DNA from: the human T2T-CHM13v2.0 reference genome, Homo sapiens
Strand: one strand, 5' to 3'
Assembly: GCF_009914755.1 (NCBI RefSeq)
Contig: NC_060947.1
DNA: 64,000 bases
In this document: positions 1 to 16,715 of the stretch, one piece after another
Layout of the letters: every line of letters begins with the position of its first letter
Position numbering within the stretch: position 1 is the first letter of the stretch
Translations under genes and position numbers: made by a program
The notes under the pieces: generated by a model
The model's input: only the letters and a program-made list of their open reading frames with translations
Databases searched by the model: none
Told to the model about the DNA's origin: nothing

Positions 1-193
1 GACAAGAATGCCCACTTTCACCACTCCTATTCAACATAGTATGGAAGTTCTAGCCAGAGCAATCAGGCAAAAGAAAGAAAAAAAAATCCAAATTTGGAAA
101 GAGACAGTCAAATTATCTTTGTTTGCTGATTATATGATCTTTCACCTAGAAAACTCTAAAGGTTCTGCCAAAAGATTCCTAGTTTAATAAATG

Positions 194-261
194 ACTTCAA
201 TAAAGTTTGAGAATACAATATCTATGTACTTCAATAAAGTTTGAGAGTACAATATCAATGT
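194..261. repeat. 34-bp tandem duplication inside L1 ORF2
   Basis: acttcaataaagtttgagaatacaatatctatgt (194-227) followed by acttcaataaagtttgagagtacaatatcaatgt (228-261). Confidence 0.9.
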
Positions 262-399
262 ACAAAAATCAGTAGCATTTCTATTCACCAATTAGGAGAA
301 GCTGAGTACCAAATCAAAAACTCAATCCCATTTACAATAACTACATAAATATAAAATAGCTAGAAATACATTTAACCAATGTGATGAAGCCTCTCTACA

Positions 400-707
400 A
401 GGCTTTGTTTGTTTCTTTTCACTGTTTTTTCTCTAATCTTGTCTTCTCACTTTATTTCATTAATTTGATCTTCAATCACGGATATCCTTTCTTCTGCTTG
501 ATCGAATCGGCTATTGAAGCTTGTGTATGATTCATGAATTTCTCGTACTGTGGTTTTCAGCTCTATCAGGTCATTTAAGGTCTTCTCTATACAGTTATTC
601 TAGTTAGCCATTCATCTAACCTTTTTTCAAGGTTTTTAGCTTCCTTGCTATGGGTTAGAACATGCTCCTTTAGCTAGGAGAAGTTTGTTATTACCAACCT
701 TCTGAAG
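400..707 (-). mobile_element. Isolated 308-bp L1 ORF1 fragment, near-copy of 7614-7921
   Basis: By-eye alignment to 7614-7921 gives about 12 mismatches in 308 bp. No poly(A) tail and no TSD. Confidence 0.9.
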
Positions 708-2001
708 GTTGGTAAATAAACTGTAGAAGACAAAGATAAATGGTGAAATTTCCCAAGCTCATGGGTTGGAAGAATCAATATCATTAAAATGAATACATGG
801 CACAAAGCGATCTACAGACAATGCAGTGCTTATCAATATATTATTATTTTACACAGTTAGAAAAATAATCCAAAAATAAAAACATAACCAGAAAATAAAA
901 GAGTCCAAATAGCCATCCTAAGCACAAATAGCACAACTGGAAGCATCATATTACCTTACTTCAAATTATACCACAAGATTATAGGAACCAAAACAACATG
1001 GTACTGAAATAAAAATAGACACATGAGATAAATAAAACAGAAGAGAGAACCCAGACATTAAGCCACATACCTGCAACCAACTGATTTTTATAAAGTTGAC
1101 AATAAAACATACACTGTGGCAAGGACACCCTATTCAATAAATAGTGCTGTGAAAATTGGATAGCCATATGCAGAAGAATGACACTAAGCTCCTATGTCTC
1201 ACCATGTATAAAAATTAACTCAAGATGGATTAAATACTTAAATTATAATACCTGTAATTATAAAAACTTTATTTAAAGAAAGCTTTGGAAAAAGTTCTCT
1301 CGACATTAGCCTTGGCAAAGAGTTTATAACTAAGACCTCAAAAGCAAATGCAACAAAAACAAAAGTAGGCTAATGGGATTCAATGAAACTAAAAAGCTTC
1401 TGCATGGCAAAAGATACAGAGAGAACAGACAGCATACAAAATGGGAGAAAGTATTTGCAAACTATGCATTTGACAAAGGAGTAAGATCCAGACACAAACA
1501 ACTGAAGAGATAAAAGCAAATAACCCCATTAAAAAGTGGTCAAAAGACATTAGTAGACATTTTTCACAAGAAGATGTACAAATGGTCAACAAGCATGTTA
1601 AAAAAAAGTTTGACATAACTAATCATCAGAAAAAGCAAATTAAGACCACAATGAAATATCATCTTATACCAGTAACAATGGCTACTATTAAATGTCAAAA
1701 AAAAAAGATGTTGGCAAAAATGTAAAGAAAAGTGAATAATTATACACTGCTGCTTGGAATGTTTATTAGTAGAGTCCCCATGGAAAAAGTATAATTTCTC
1801 ATAAAGCCAAATTAATTTCTTAAAGAACTAAAAATAAAACTACCACTCAACCCAGAAATCTTACTACTGGATATCTACCCAAAAGAAAGGAAATCATTAT
1901 ATCAAAAAGATACCTGTTTATAATAGCACTATTCACAAAAGCAAAGATATGGAATCATCGTAAGTGTCCGCCATCAACAGATGATTGGATAAAGAAAATG
2001 T

Positions 2002-2033
<32 letters not shown>

Positions 2034-2034
2034 C
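2002..2034. repeat. (CA)n microsatellite
   Basis: Visible CA run with one interruption. Confidence 0.95.
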
Positions 2035-2845
2035 GGAATACAATTCAGCCATAAAAAAGAATAAAATCATGTCATTTGAAGCAACATGGGTGGAACTTGG
2101 AACTGCAGGCCATTATATTAAGTGAAATAATTCAGAAACAGATAGTCAAATACCAGACGTTCTCACTTATAAGTGGGAGCTAAATAATGTATACATATGG
2201 ACACAGAGAGTGGAATAATATACATTGGAGACTCTGAGAGATGGGAGGGTGGAAGAATTTTGAGAGAAGAGAAATTACTAATGGATAAAATATACACTAT
2301 TAAGGTGATGATTACACTAAAAGCCCAAACTTCATCACTATGCAATATATCCATGTAACAAAACTGCAATAATACCCCCTAATCTATAAAAACAAAATAA
2401 AATAAAGAAATAAAAGATATTCAGGAGACATGAAAACTAAATAAATAAATCTATAAAATAAATAAAAATGCAACTGTAGCTAGATAAACGAAACCTCTAG
2501 CCTTCTTTTATAAGCTCATCATAAGTTTTTTTGACCAGTTGATAACCCTGACAATTCTGTCTCCTGAACTAGAAAGTATAAAATGACCAACAGTACAATA
2601 GGGACATGGGGTGTTTGGGAATTCTTCTTCTTATTATTATTATTATACCTTAAGTTCTAGGGTGCATGTGCAGAGCATGCAGGTTTTTTACATAGGTATA
2701 CATATGCCATGTTGGTTTGCTGCACCCATCAACTCATCATTTACATTAGCTATTTCTCCTAACGCTCTCCCTCCCCCAGCCCTCCACTGTCCAACAGGCC
2801 CCAGTGTGTGATGTTCCCCTCTCTGTGTACATGTGTTCTCATTGT

Positions 2846-5800
2846 TCAATTCCCACGTATGAGTGACAACATGAGGTGTTTGGTTTTTTGTCCTTGTGAT
2901 AGTTTGCTGAGAATGATGGTTTCCAGCTTCATCCATGTACCTGCAAAGGACATGAACTCATCCTTTTTTATGGTTGCATAGTATTCCATGGTGTATATGT
3001 GCCACATTTTCTTTATCCAGTCTAGTATTGATGGACATTTGGGTGGGTTCCAAGTCTTTGCTATTGTGAATAGTGCCGCAGTAAACATACATGTGCAAGT
3101 GTCTTTATACTAGCATGATTTATATTCCTTTGGGTATACATCAAACAATGGGATTGCTAGGTCAAATGGTATTTCTAGTTCTAGATCCGTGAGGAATTGC
3201 CACACTGTCTTCCACAATGGTTGAACTAATTTACACTCCAAAAACAGCATAAAAGCATTTCTGTTTCTCCACATCGTCTCCATTATCTGATGTTTCCTGA
3301 CTTTCTAATGATCGCCATTCTAACTGGTGTGAGATGGTATCTCATTGTGGTTTTGATTTGCATTTTTCTGTTGACCAGTGATGATGAGCATTTTTTCATA
3401 TGTCTGTTGGCTGCATAAATGTCTTCTTTTGAGAAGTGTCTGTTCATATCCTTTGCCCACTTTTTGATGGGGTTTTTTGTTTTTTTTCTTGTAAATTTGT
3501 TTAAGTTCTATTAGCCCTTTGTCAGATGGATAGATTGCAAAAATTTTCTCCCATTCTGTAGGTTGCCTGTTCACTCTGTTGGTAGTTTCTTTTGCTGTGC
3601 AGAAGCTCTTTAGTTTCATTAGATCCCACTTGTCTATTTTGGCTTTTGTTGCTATTGCTTTTGATGTTTTAGTCATGAAGTCTTTGCCCATGCCTATGTC
3701 CTGAATGGTATTGCCTAGGTTTTCTTCTAGGGTTTTTAAGGTTCTAGGTCTTACATTTAAGTCTTTAATTCATCTTGAGTTAATTTTTGTGTAAGGTGTA
3801 AGGAAGGGATCCAGTTTCAGCTTTCTACATATGGCTAGCCAGTTATCCCAGCACCATTTATTAAATAGCAAATCCTTTCTCCATTGCTTGTTTTTGTTAG
3901 GTTTGTCAAAGATCAGATGGTTGTAGATGTGTGATGTTATTTCTGAGGCCTCTGTTCTGTTTCATTGGTCTATATCTCTGTTTTGGTACCAGTATCATGC
4001 TGTTTTGGTGACTGTAATCTTGCAGTATAGTTTGAAGTCTGGTAGTGTAATGCCTCCAGCTTTGTTCTTTTTGCTTAGGATTGTCTTGGCTATGCGGGCT
4101 CCTTTCTGGTTTCATATGAAATTTAAAGTAGTTTTTTCTGGTTTTCTGAAGAAAGTCATTGGTAGCTTGATGGGGATAGCATTGAATCTATAAATTACCT
4201 TGGGCAGTATGGCCATTTTCACGATATTGATTCTTCCTACCCATGAGCATGGAATGTTCTTCCATTTGCTTCTGTCCTCTTTTATTTCATTGAGCAGTGA
4301 TTTGTAGTTCTCCTTAAAGAGGTCCTTCACATCCCTTGTAAGTTGGATTCCTAGGTATTTTATTCTCTTAGGAGCAATTAGGAATGAGAGTTCACTCATC
4401 GTGTGGCTGTCTGTTTGTCTGTTCTTGGTGTATAGGAATGATTGTGATTTTTGCACATTGATCTTGTATCATGAGATTTTGCTGAAGTTGCTTATCAGCT
4501 TAAGGAGATTTTGGGCTGAGATGATGGGGTTTTCTAAATATACAATCATGTCACCTGCAAACAGAGACAATTTGACTTCCTCTTTTCCTGTTTGAATATG
4601 CTTTATTGCTTTCTCTTGCCTCATTGCCCTGGCCAATGCTACGTTGAACAGCAGTGGTGAGAGACGGCATCCCTGTCTTGTGCCAGTTTTCAAAGGGAAT
4701 GCTTCCAATTTTTGCCTATTTAGTATGATATTGGCTGTGGGTTTGCTCTAAGTAGTTGTTATTATTTTGAGATATGTTCCATCAATACCTAGTTCATTGA
4801 GAGTATTTAGCATGAAAAGCTGTGAATTTTGTCGAAGACCTTTTCTGCATCTAATGAGATAATCATATGATTTTTTCGTTGGTTCTGTTTATGTGACAGA
4901 TTACATTTATTGATTTGCATATGTTGAACCAGCCTTGCATCCTAGGGATGAAGCCGACTCGTTTGTGGTGGATGAGGTTTTTGATGTGCTTCTGGATACA
5001 GTTTGACAGTATTTTATTGAGGATTTTTACATCAATCTTCATGTGCATATTGGCCTAAAATTCTCTTTTTTTTATGTGTCTCTGCCAGGATTTGGTACCA
5101 GGATGATGCTGGCCTAATACAATGAGTTAGGGAGGACTCCTGTTTCTATTGAAGCTTCTATTGAAGCTGGAAACCATCATTCTAAGCAAACTATTGCAAG
5201 GACAAAAAACCAAACACCGCATGTTCTCACTCATAGGTGGGAATTGAACAATGAGAACACATGGACACAGGAAGGGGAACATCACACACTGGGGCCTGTT
5301 GTGGGGTGGGGGGAGGGGGGAGGGATAGCATTAGGAGATATACCTAATGTTAAATGACGAGTTAATGGATGCAGCACACCAACATGGCACATGTATACAT
5401 ATGTAACTAACCTGCACGTTGTGCACATGTACCCTAAAACTGAAAGTATAAAAAAAAAAAGGAAATAGCTTCAGAAGAAATGGTACCAGTTCCTCTGTGT
5501 ACCTCTGGTACAATTAAGCTGTGAATCTGTCTGCTCCTGGACTTTTTTTGGTTGGTAAGCTATTAATTATTGCCTCAATTTCAGAACCTGTTATTGGTCT
5601 ATTCAGAGATTCAACTTCTTCCTGGTTTAGTCTTGGGAGGGTGTATGTGTCCAGGAGTCTATCCATTTCTTCTAGATTTTCTAATTTATTTGCGTAGAGT
5701 TGTTTATAGTATTCTCTGATGGTAGTTTGTATTTCTCTGAGATCGGTGGTGATATCCCCTTTATCATTCTTTATTGAGTCTATTTGATTCTTCTCTCTTT

Positions 5801-6969
5801 TCTTCTTTATTAATCTGGGTAGTGGTCTATTTACTTTGTTGATCTTTCGAAAAAAACAGTTTCTGGATTCATTGATTTTTTGAAGGGTTTTTTGTTTCTC
5901 TATGTCCTTCAGTTCTTCTCTGGTCTTAGTTATTTCTTGTTTTCTCCTAGCTTTTGAAGTGTTTGTTCTTGCTTCTCTAGTTCTTGAAATTGTGACATTA
6001 GGGTGTTGATTTTAGATCTTTCCTGCTTTCTCTTGTGGCCATTTAGTGCTATAGATTTCCCTCTACACACTGCTTTAAATGTATCCCAGAGATTCTTGTA
6101 CGTTGTATGTTTGTTCTCATTGGTTTCAAAGAACATCTTTATTTCTGCGTTCATTTTGTTACTTACTCAGTAGTCATTCAGGAGGAGGTTATTCAGTTTC
6201 CATGTAGTTGTACGGTTTTCAGTGAGTTTCTTAATTCTGAGTTCTAATTTGATTGCTCTGTAGCCTGAGAGACAGTTTTTGTTATTTCTGATCTTTTACA
6301 TTTTCTGAGGAGTGTTTTACTTCCATTTGTGTGGTCAGCTTTAGAATAAGTTCAATGTGGTGCCGAGAAGAATGTATATTCTGTTGATTTGGGGTGGATA
6401 GCTCTGTAGATGTCTATTAGGCCTGCTTGGTCCAGAGCTGAGTTCAATTCCTGGATATCTTTGCTAATTTTCTGTCTCATTGATCTGTCTAATATGGACA
6501 GTGAGGTGTTAAAGTCTCCCATTATTATTGTGTGGGAGTCTAAGTCTCTTCGTGGGTCTCTAAGAACTAGCTCTGTTAATCTGGGTGCTTCTGTATTGAG
6601 TGCATATATATTTAGGATAGTTATCTCTTCTTGTTGAATTGATCCCTTTATCATTATGTATTGCCCTTCTTTGTCTTTTTTTAATCTTTGTTGGTTTAAA
6701 GTCTGTTTTATCAGAGACCAGGATTGAAACTCTTGTTATTTTTTTTTTTTTTTTTTTTTTTTTTGCTTTCCAATTGTTTGGTAGACCTGCTTCTATCCCT
6801 TTATTTTGAGCCTATGTGTGTCTTTGCATGTGAGATGGGTCTCCTGGATACAGTACACCGATGGGTCTTGGCTCATTATCCAATTTGCCACTCTGTGTCT
6901 TTTAATTGGGGCATTTAGCCCATTTACATTTAAGGTTAATATTGTTATGTGTGAATTTGATTCTGTCAT
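2846..6969 (-). pseudogene. ORF2: L1 ORF2 (endonuclease/reverse transcriptase), fragmented
   Basis: ORF-track pieces cover EN (ILNIYA..., IIMGDFNT), RT ([26 protein letters not shown]) and the C-terminus ([12 protein letters not shown]). Many stops and frameshifts, plus a nested insertion. Confidence 0.9.
5162..5460 (+). mobile_element. 5'-truncated L1PA4/5-like 3' end nested antisense in host ORF2
   Basis: Young L1 3' UTR with G-rich tract and poly(A) at 5450-5460. Host ORF2 resumes at 5461. Confidence 0.9.
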
Positions 6970-7032
6970 TATGTTGCTAGCTGGTTATTTCACCCACTAA
7001 TTGATGCAGTTTCTTCATAGCATGGATGGTCT

Positions 7033-8058
7033 TTACAATTTGGCATGTTTTTGCCGTGGCTGGTACTGGTTGTTCCTTTCCATGTTTAGTGCTTCCTTCA
7101 GGAATTCTTGTAAGACAGGCCTATTGGTGACAAAATCTCTCAGCATTTGCTTGTCTGTAAAGAATTTTATTTCTCCTTCACTTATGAAGCTTAGTTTGGC
7201 TGAATATGAAATTCTGGGTTGAAAATTCTTTTCTTTAGGAATGTTGAATATTGGCCCCTACTCTCTTCTGGCTTGTAGGGTTTCTGCCGAGACATCTGCT
7301 ATTAGTCTGATGGGCTTCCCTTTGTGGGTAGCCAGACCTTTCCCTCTGGCTGTTCTTAACATTTTATCCTTCATTCCAACCTTGGTGAATCTGACAAATA
7401 TGTGTCTTGGGTTGATAATCTCGAGGAGTATCTTTGTGGTGTTCTCTGTATTTCCTCTGAATTTCAATGTTGGCCTGCCTTGCTAGGTTGGGGAATTTCT
7501 CCTATATAATATCCTGCAGAGTGTTTTCCAACTTGGTTCCATTCTCCCTGTCACTTTCAGGTGCACCAATCAAACATAGATTTGGTCTTTTCATATAGTT
7601 CCATATTTCTTGGAGGCTTTGTTTGTTTCTTTTCACTCTTTTTCCTCTAATCTTGTCTTCTCACTTTATTTCATTAATTTGATCTTCAATCACTGATATC
7701 CTTTCTTCTGCTTGATCAAGTCAGCTATTGAAGCTTGTGTATGATTCATGAATTTCTTGTACTGTGGTTTTCAGCTCTATCGGGTCATTTAAGGTCTTCT
7801 CTATACAGTTATTCTAGTTAGCCATTCGTCTAACCTTTCTTCAAGGTTTTTAGCTTCCTTGCTATGGGTTAGAACATGCTCCTTTAGCTTGGAGAAGTTT
7901 GTTATCACCAACCTTCTGAAGTCTACCTCTGTCAACCTGTCAAACTCATTCTCCATCCAGTTTTGTTCCCTTGCTGGTGAGGAGTTGTGTTCCTTTGGAG
8001 GGGAAGAGGCATTCTTGTTTCTGGAATTTTCAGCCTTTCTGCTCTGGTTTCTCCCCAT
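7033..8058 (-). pseudogene. ORF1: L1 ORF1, disrupted
   Basis: Start MGRNQSRKAENS at 8058. RRM/CTD fragment GKPIRLIADVSAETLQARRE. Stop at 7033-7035. Confidence 0.9.
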
Positions 8059-8658
8059 CTTTGTGATTTTATCTATCTTTGGTCTTTGATGTTGGTGACC
8101 TATAGATGGGGTTTTGGTGCGGATGTCATTTTTGTTGATGTTAACACTATCCCTTTCTGTTTGTTAGGTTTTCTTCTAACATACCGGCTCCTCAGCTGCA
8201 GGTCTGTTGGAGTTTGCCAGAGGTCCACTCCAGACCGTTTGCCTGGGTATCACCAGCGCAGGCTGCAGAATAGCAAATATTTCTGCCTGACCCTTCCTCT
8301 GGAAGCTTCATCTCAGAGGGGCACTCGCCTTTATGAGGTGTCAGTCAGCCCCTACTGGGAGGTGTCTCCCAGTCAGACTATACGTGGGTCAGGGACCCAC
8401 TTGAGGAGGCAGTCTGTCCCTTATTGGATCTCAAACACTCTTCTGGGAGAACCACTGCTCTCTTCAGAGCTGTCAGGCAGGGACGTTTAAGTCTGCAGAA
8501 GCTGTCTGCTGTCTTTTGTTCAGATATGCCCTGCCCCCAGAGGTGGAATCTAGGGAGGCAGTAGGCCTTGCTGAGCTGTGGTGGTCTCTGCCCAGTTCTA
8601 GTTTCCCTGCCACTTTGTTTACACTGTAAGCATAGAACTGCCTACTCAAGCTTCATCA

Positions 8659-8799
8659 ATGATAGATGTCCCTTCCCTCACCAAGCTTCAGCATTCCAGG
8701 TCAATCTCAGACTACTGCACTAGCAGCAAGCAAGGCTCCATGGGTGTGGGACCCACAGAGCCAGGCACAGGAGAGACTCTCCTGGTCTGCTGGTTGTGA
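8659..8799 (+). pseudogene. ORF0: L1 ORF0 homolog in the antisense 5' UTR, truncated at 46 aa
   Basis: Translates as MIDVPSLTKLQHSRSISDYCTSSKQGSMGVGPTEPGTGETLLVCWL*, colinear with L1HS ORF0 (MAGAPPPASLPPCSLISDCCASNQRDSVGVGPSEPG...). Confidence 0.7.
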
Positions 8800-9422
8800 A
8801 GACTGTGGGAAAAGACCAGCATTTGGGCAGCAGTGTACTGATCCTCCAGGTACAGTCACTCACAGCTTACCTTGACTAAAAAAGGGAAATCTCCCCACCC
8901 CTTGCACATCCCAGGTGGGGTGACACCCCACCCTGCTTCTGCTCACCCTCTATGGGCTGCACCCACTGTCCAACCAGTCTCAATGAAATGAAGTAGGTAC
9001 CTCAGTTGGAAATGCAGAAATCACCCACCTTCTGCATCGATCTCACTGGGAGTTGTAGACTGGAGCTGTTCCTATTCAGCCGTCTTGGAAGCAACCTGTT
9101 TGGGAATTCTTAATTCCAAAAAGCAGGATCAGCAGAAGCTAGGGAGGATGGTACATATAAAATAAGATGCTTGACATAAGGAGATCCCCAAAAGAGTATG
9201 AACCAACACAAATGCCAGAACATCAAAAAGGCAAGAGAACCCAATAGATAAAGTCACCTACTTCAACACTTTTGTTATAACACTGCAGGTCAAGTATCTT
9301 TTTAAAGGTCAAAGTAGAGTCACATTCAACTTACAGTTTTAGATATCACTCATTTTTTTTCACTAGCTCCTCTTTTTTGCAGCCTTGTGTAGACTCTAAG
9401 CATCCATAGATTTCATTTGTAC

Positions 9423-10418
<996 letters not shown>

Positions 10419-10543
10419 CTGTGACATTTTTAATAAACTTTATTTTTAGAACAGTTTGATTTACAAAAAAAGTGAAGATAACACAGAGTTTCCATATGTT
10501 CAGCACCTATTTTCTCCCAATATGAACTTCTTATAGTAGCAAA

Positions 10544-13750
<3,207 letters not shown>

Positions 13751-13763
13751 AAAATGCAGAAGA

Positions 13764-14800
13764 AATGTTCTTGAAGGAAATTTAAAGTGCTACTTCGGTG
13801 AACAGATTAATGAATAGAAATTAAATAGTTTTATTGCTGATATCAAGAGAGCTTTCGTTGTCTGGATAGAAGATCAAATCAATCGTGACATTCCCTTAAA
13901 CAAAAGCCCAACACAGAGAAAGACCCTAGCTCTCTTCAAATCTGTGAAAGCTTAGAGACGTGAGGATGCTACGGAAGAAAACTTTAAAGCCAGCAGGCAT
14001 TGGTTCATGAGATTTAAGGGAAGGAGCCATTTTTATAACATAAAAGGCCAAGGTAGAGCAGCAAGTATCAATGTAAATGAAACAGCCTTCTATTGGAGGA
14101 AGATGCCATCTTGGACTTCTGTAGCTATAGAAATGTCAATGCTTGGCTTCAAAGTTTCAAATAATGGGCTGACTCTTATTATGGATTATTCAGATGGTGA
14201 CTTTAGGTTAAAACCAATGCTAATTCACCACTCAAAAAATCATAGGGCCCTGAAGAATTATGCTAAATCTATTCTACCTGTGCTTCTTAAATGCAACAAC
14301 AAGGCCTGGATGACAGCAAACTGTTTACAGCATGGTTTACTAAATATTATAAGCCCACTGTTGAGACCTGTTGCTCAGAAAAGAAATATTCATTTAAAAA
14401 CATTACTGATCATTGACAATGTTGTTTTTATGCCTACTAGCATGTCATCTATTCTTCAGCCCATGAATCAGGAGCAATTTTTATTTTCAAGTCTTCTTAT
14501 ATAAGAAATACATTTCATAAGGCAATAGATGCCATAGATAATGATTTTTTTTTCTGGCGAATCTGGCGAATTTAATTTAAAGTAAATTAAAAACCTTCTG
14601 AAAAATTTGAAGATTATAGATGCTATTAAGAACATTCGTGATGCATGGGAGGAAGTAAAAATATCAATATTAACAGGACTTTGGAAGAAGTTGATTCTAA
14701 CATTCATGGTTGACTTTGAGAGCTTTAAATTTTTAGTGGAATAAATAACTGCAGATGTGGTAGAAATAGCAAGAGAAGTCAAATCAGAAATAGAATCTGA
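13764..14800 (+). mobile_element. Tigger1 continuation (pogo-type DDD transposase remnant), internally deleted, 3' TIR missing
   Basis: ORF 14007-14504 contains NVNETAFYWRKMPS, LKPMLIHHSKNHRALKN, LLIIDN and ILQPMNQ. Confidence 0.88.
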
Positions 14801-16715
14801 ACATCCAAATACGAAAAGAAGTCAAACTATCTCTCCTCACTGACTATATAATTCTGTACTTAGAAAACCTGAAAGACTCTTTCAGAAGGCTGCTATAACT
14901 CATAAGTGATTTTAGCAAGGTTTCAGGATACAAAATCAATCAACAGGAATGAGTAGTATTTTTATACACCAATAATACCCAGGCTGAGAGTCAAATGAAG
15001 AATACAATCCCATTTACAATAGCCATAAAGAAAATGAAATACCTAGGAATACAGCCACCCAAGGAGATGGGAATTCTCTACAAAAAGAACTATGAAACAC
15101 TGCTGAAAGAAATCACAGACAACACAAATAAGTGGAAAAACATTCCATGCTCATGGATTGGAAAAATAAATATTAAAATGGCCATACTGCCCAAAGTAAT
15201 TTACAGATTGAATGCTATTTCTATTAAACTACCATGTCATTCCTCACAGGATTAGAAATAAATCTACTCTAAAATTCATATGGAACCAAAAAATACCCCA
15301 AATAGTCAAAGCAATCATAAGAAATAAAAAAGCTGTAGGCATCACACTACCTGACTTAAACTATACAGTAATGCTAGAGTAATCAAAACAGCATGGTACT
15401 CCTCAAAAACAAACACATAAACCAATGTAACAGAATAGAAAACTCCAAAATAAAGCCACGTATGTACTATCATCTGATCTTTGACAAGGCTGACAAAAGC
15501 AAGCAATGGGGAAAGGGTCTATTCGATAGATTGTGCTGAGATAACTGGCTAGCCATAGGCAGAAGAATGAAGCTAAAGCCTTATCTTTCACCATATAGAA
15601 AAATTAACTCAAGATGAATTAGAAATTTAAATGTAAGACCTCAAACTATAAAAATCCCAGAAGTCAACCTAGGGAATTCCCTTCTTGACATGAACCTTGA
15701 CAAAGAATATGTGGCTAAGGCCCCAGAAACAATTGCAACAGAAACAAATATTGACAAGTGGATCCTAATTAAACTAAAGACCTTCTGCACAGCAAAAGAA
15801 ACGATCAACAGAGTAAACAGAAAACCAGCGGAATGAGAGAAAATATTCTCAAAGTATGCATCCAACAATGGTCTAATATGAAGAATCTATGCAAAACTTA
15901 AACAAATCAACAAGCAAAAAGCAAAAGCTCCATTAAAAATTGGCAAAGGATATGAATAGACACTTCTCAAAAGAAGGTATACATGCGACCAACAAGCATA
16001 TGAAAAAAAAATGGTCAGCAGCACTAACTATAAGAGAAATTCAAATAAAAACCACAAGGAGATACCATCTCTCACCAGTCAGAATGGCTGTTACTAAAAA
16101 GTCAAAAAACAGATGCTGGTGAGGCTATGGAGTAAAGGAAATGCTTATACCCTTTTGGTGGGAATGTAAATTAGTACAGCTACTCTGGAAGGCAGTTTGG
16201 AGATTTTTCAAAAAACTTAAAACAGAACTTCCAACTGATTCAGCAATCCCATTGTTGCATATATATACGTAAAGAAAAAAAAATTACTCTACCATAAAGA
16301 CACACATATGCATATATTCATAGCAGCCGTGTTCACAACAGCAAAGACATAGAATCAACCTAAATGTCCATTAATGGCAGATTGGGTAAAGAAAATGTGG
16401 TTCATATTACCCTAAGTGAATTAATGAAGGAGGATAAAACCAAATACGACATGTTCTCTTTTATAAGTGGTAGATAAACTTTGAGTACACATGGGCACAA
16501 AGAAGATAACAATAGACACTAGCTACTTCTTGAAGGTGCAGGGTGGGAAGAGAGTGAGGGTCAAAAAACTGCCTATCAGGTACTATGCTCATTACCTGGG
16601 TGATAAAATAATCTTTACACCCAACACCTATGGCACACAATTTACCCATGTAGCAAACATGTGCATGTACTCCCTGAACCTAAAACAAAAGTTGGAATAA
16701 AAATTTAAAAAAAGG
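14801..16715 (+). mobile_element. LINE-1 3' part, L1PA15/16-like
   Basis: ORF2 fragments. 3' UTR 'aaaaactgcctatcaggtactatgctcattacctgggtgat'. Confidence 0.85.

Larger units (their letters stand above)
1..2410 (+). mobile_element. LINE-1 3' portion (ORF2 RT to 3' UTR), L1PB-like, decayed; interrupted at 400-715
   Basis: Starts in the RT motif ([14 protein letters not shown]). 3' UTR 'gtgatgattacactaaaagcccaaacttcatcactatgcaatatatccatgtaacaaaactgc' is L1PB-type. A-rich tail at about 2385-2415. Confidence 0.85.
2627..9096 (-). mobile_element. Full-length LINE-1, L1PA6-8-like, inactivated
   Basis: 15-bp TSD tgtttgggaattctt at 2612-2626 and 9097-9111, with a TT/AAGA endonuclease site. 5' UTR begins ggttgcttccaagacggctgaataggaacagctcc on the minus strand. 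ORF1, ORF2 and 3' UTR are in order. Confidence 0.95.

Noticed and set aside
5291-5325. G-quadruplex-forming tract
   Set aside because: Standard feature of the L1PA 3' UTR.
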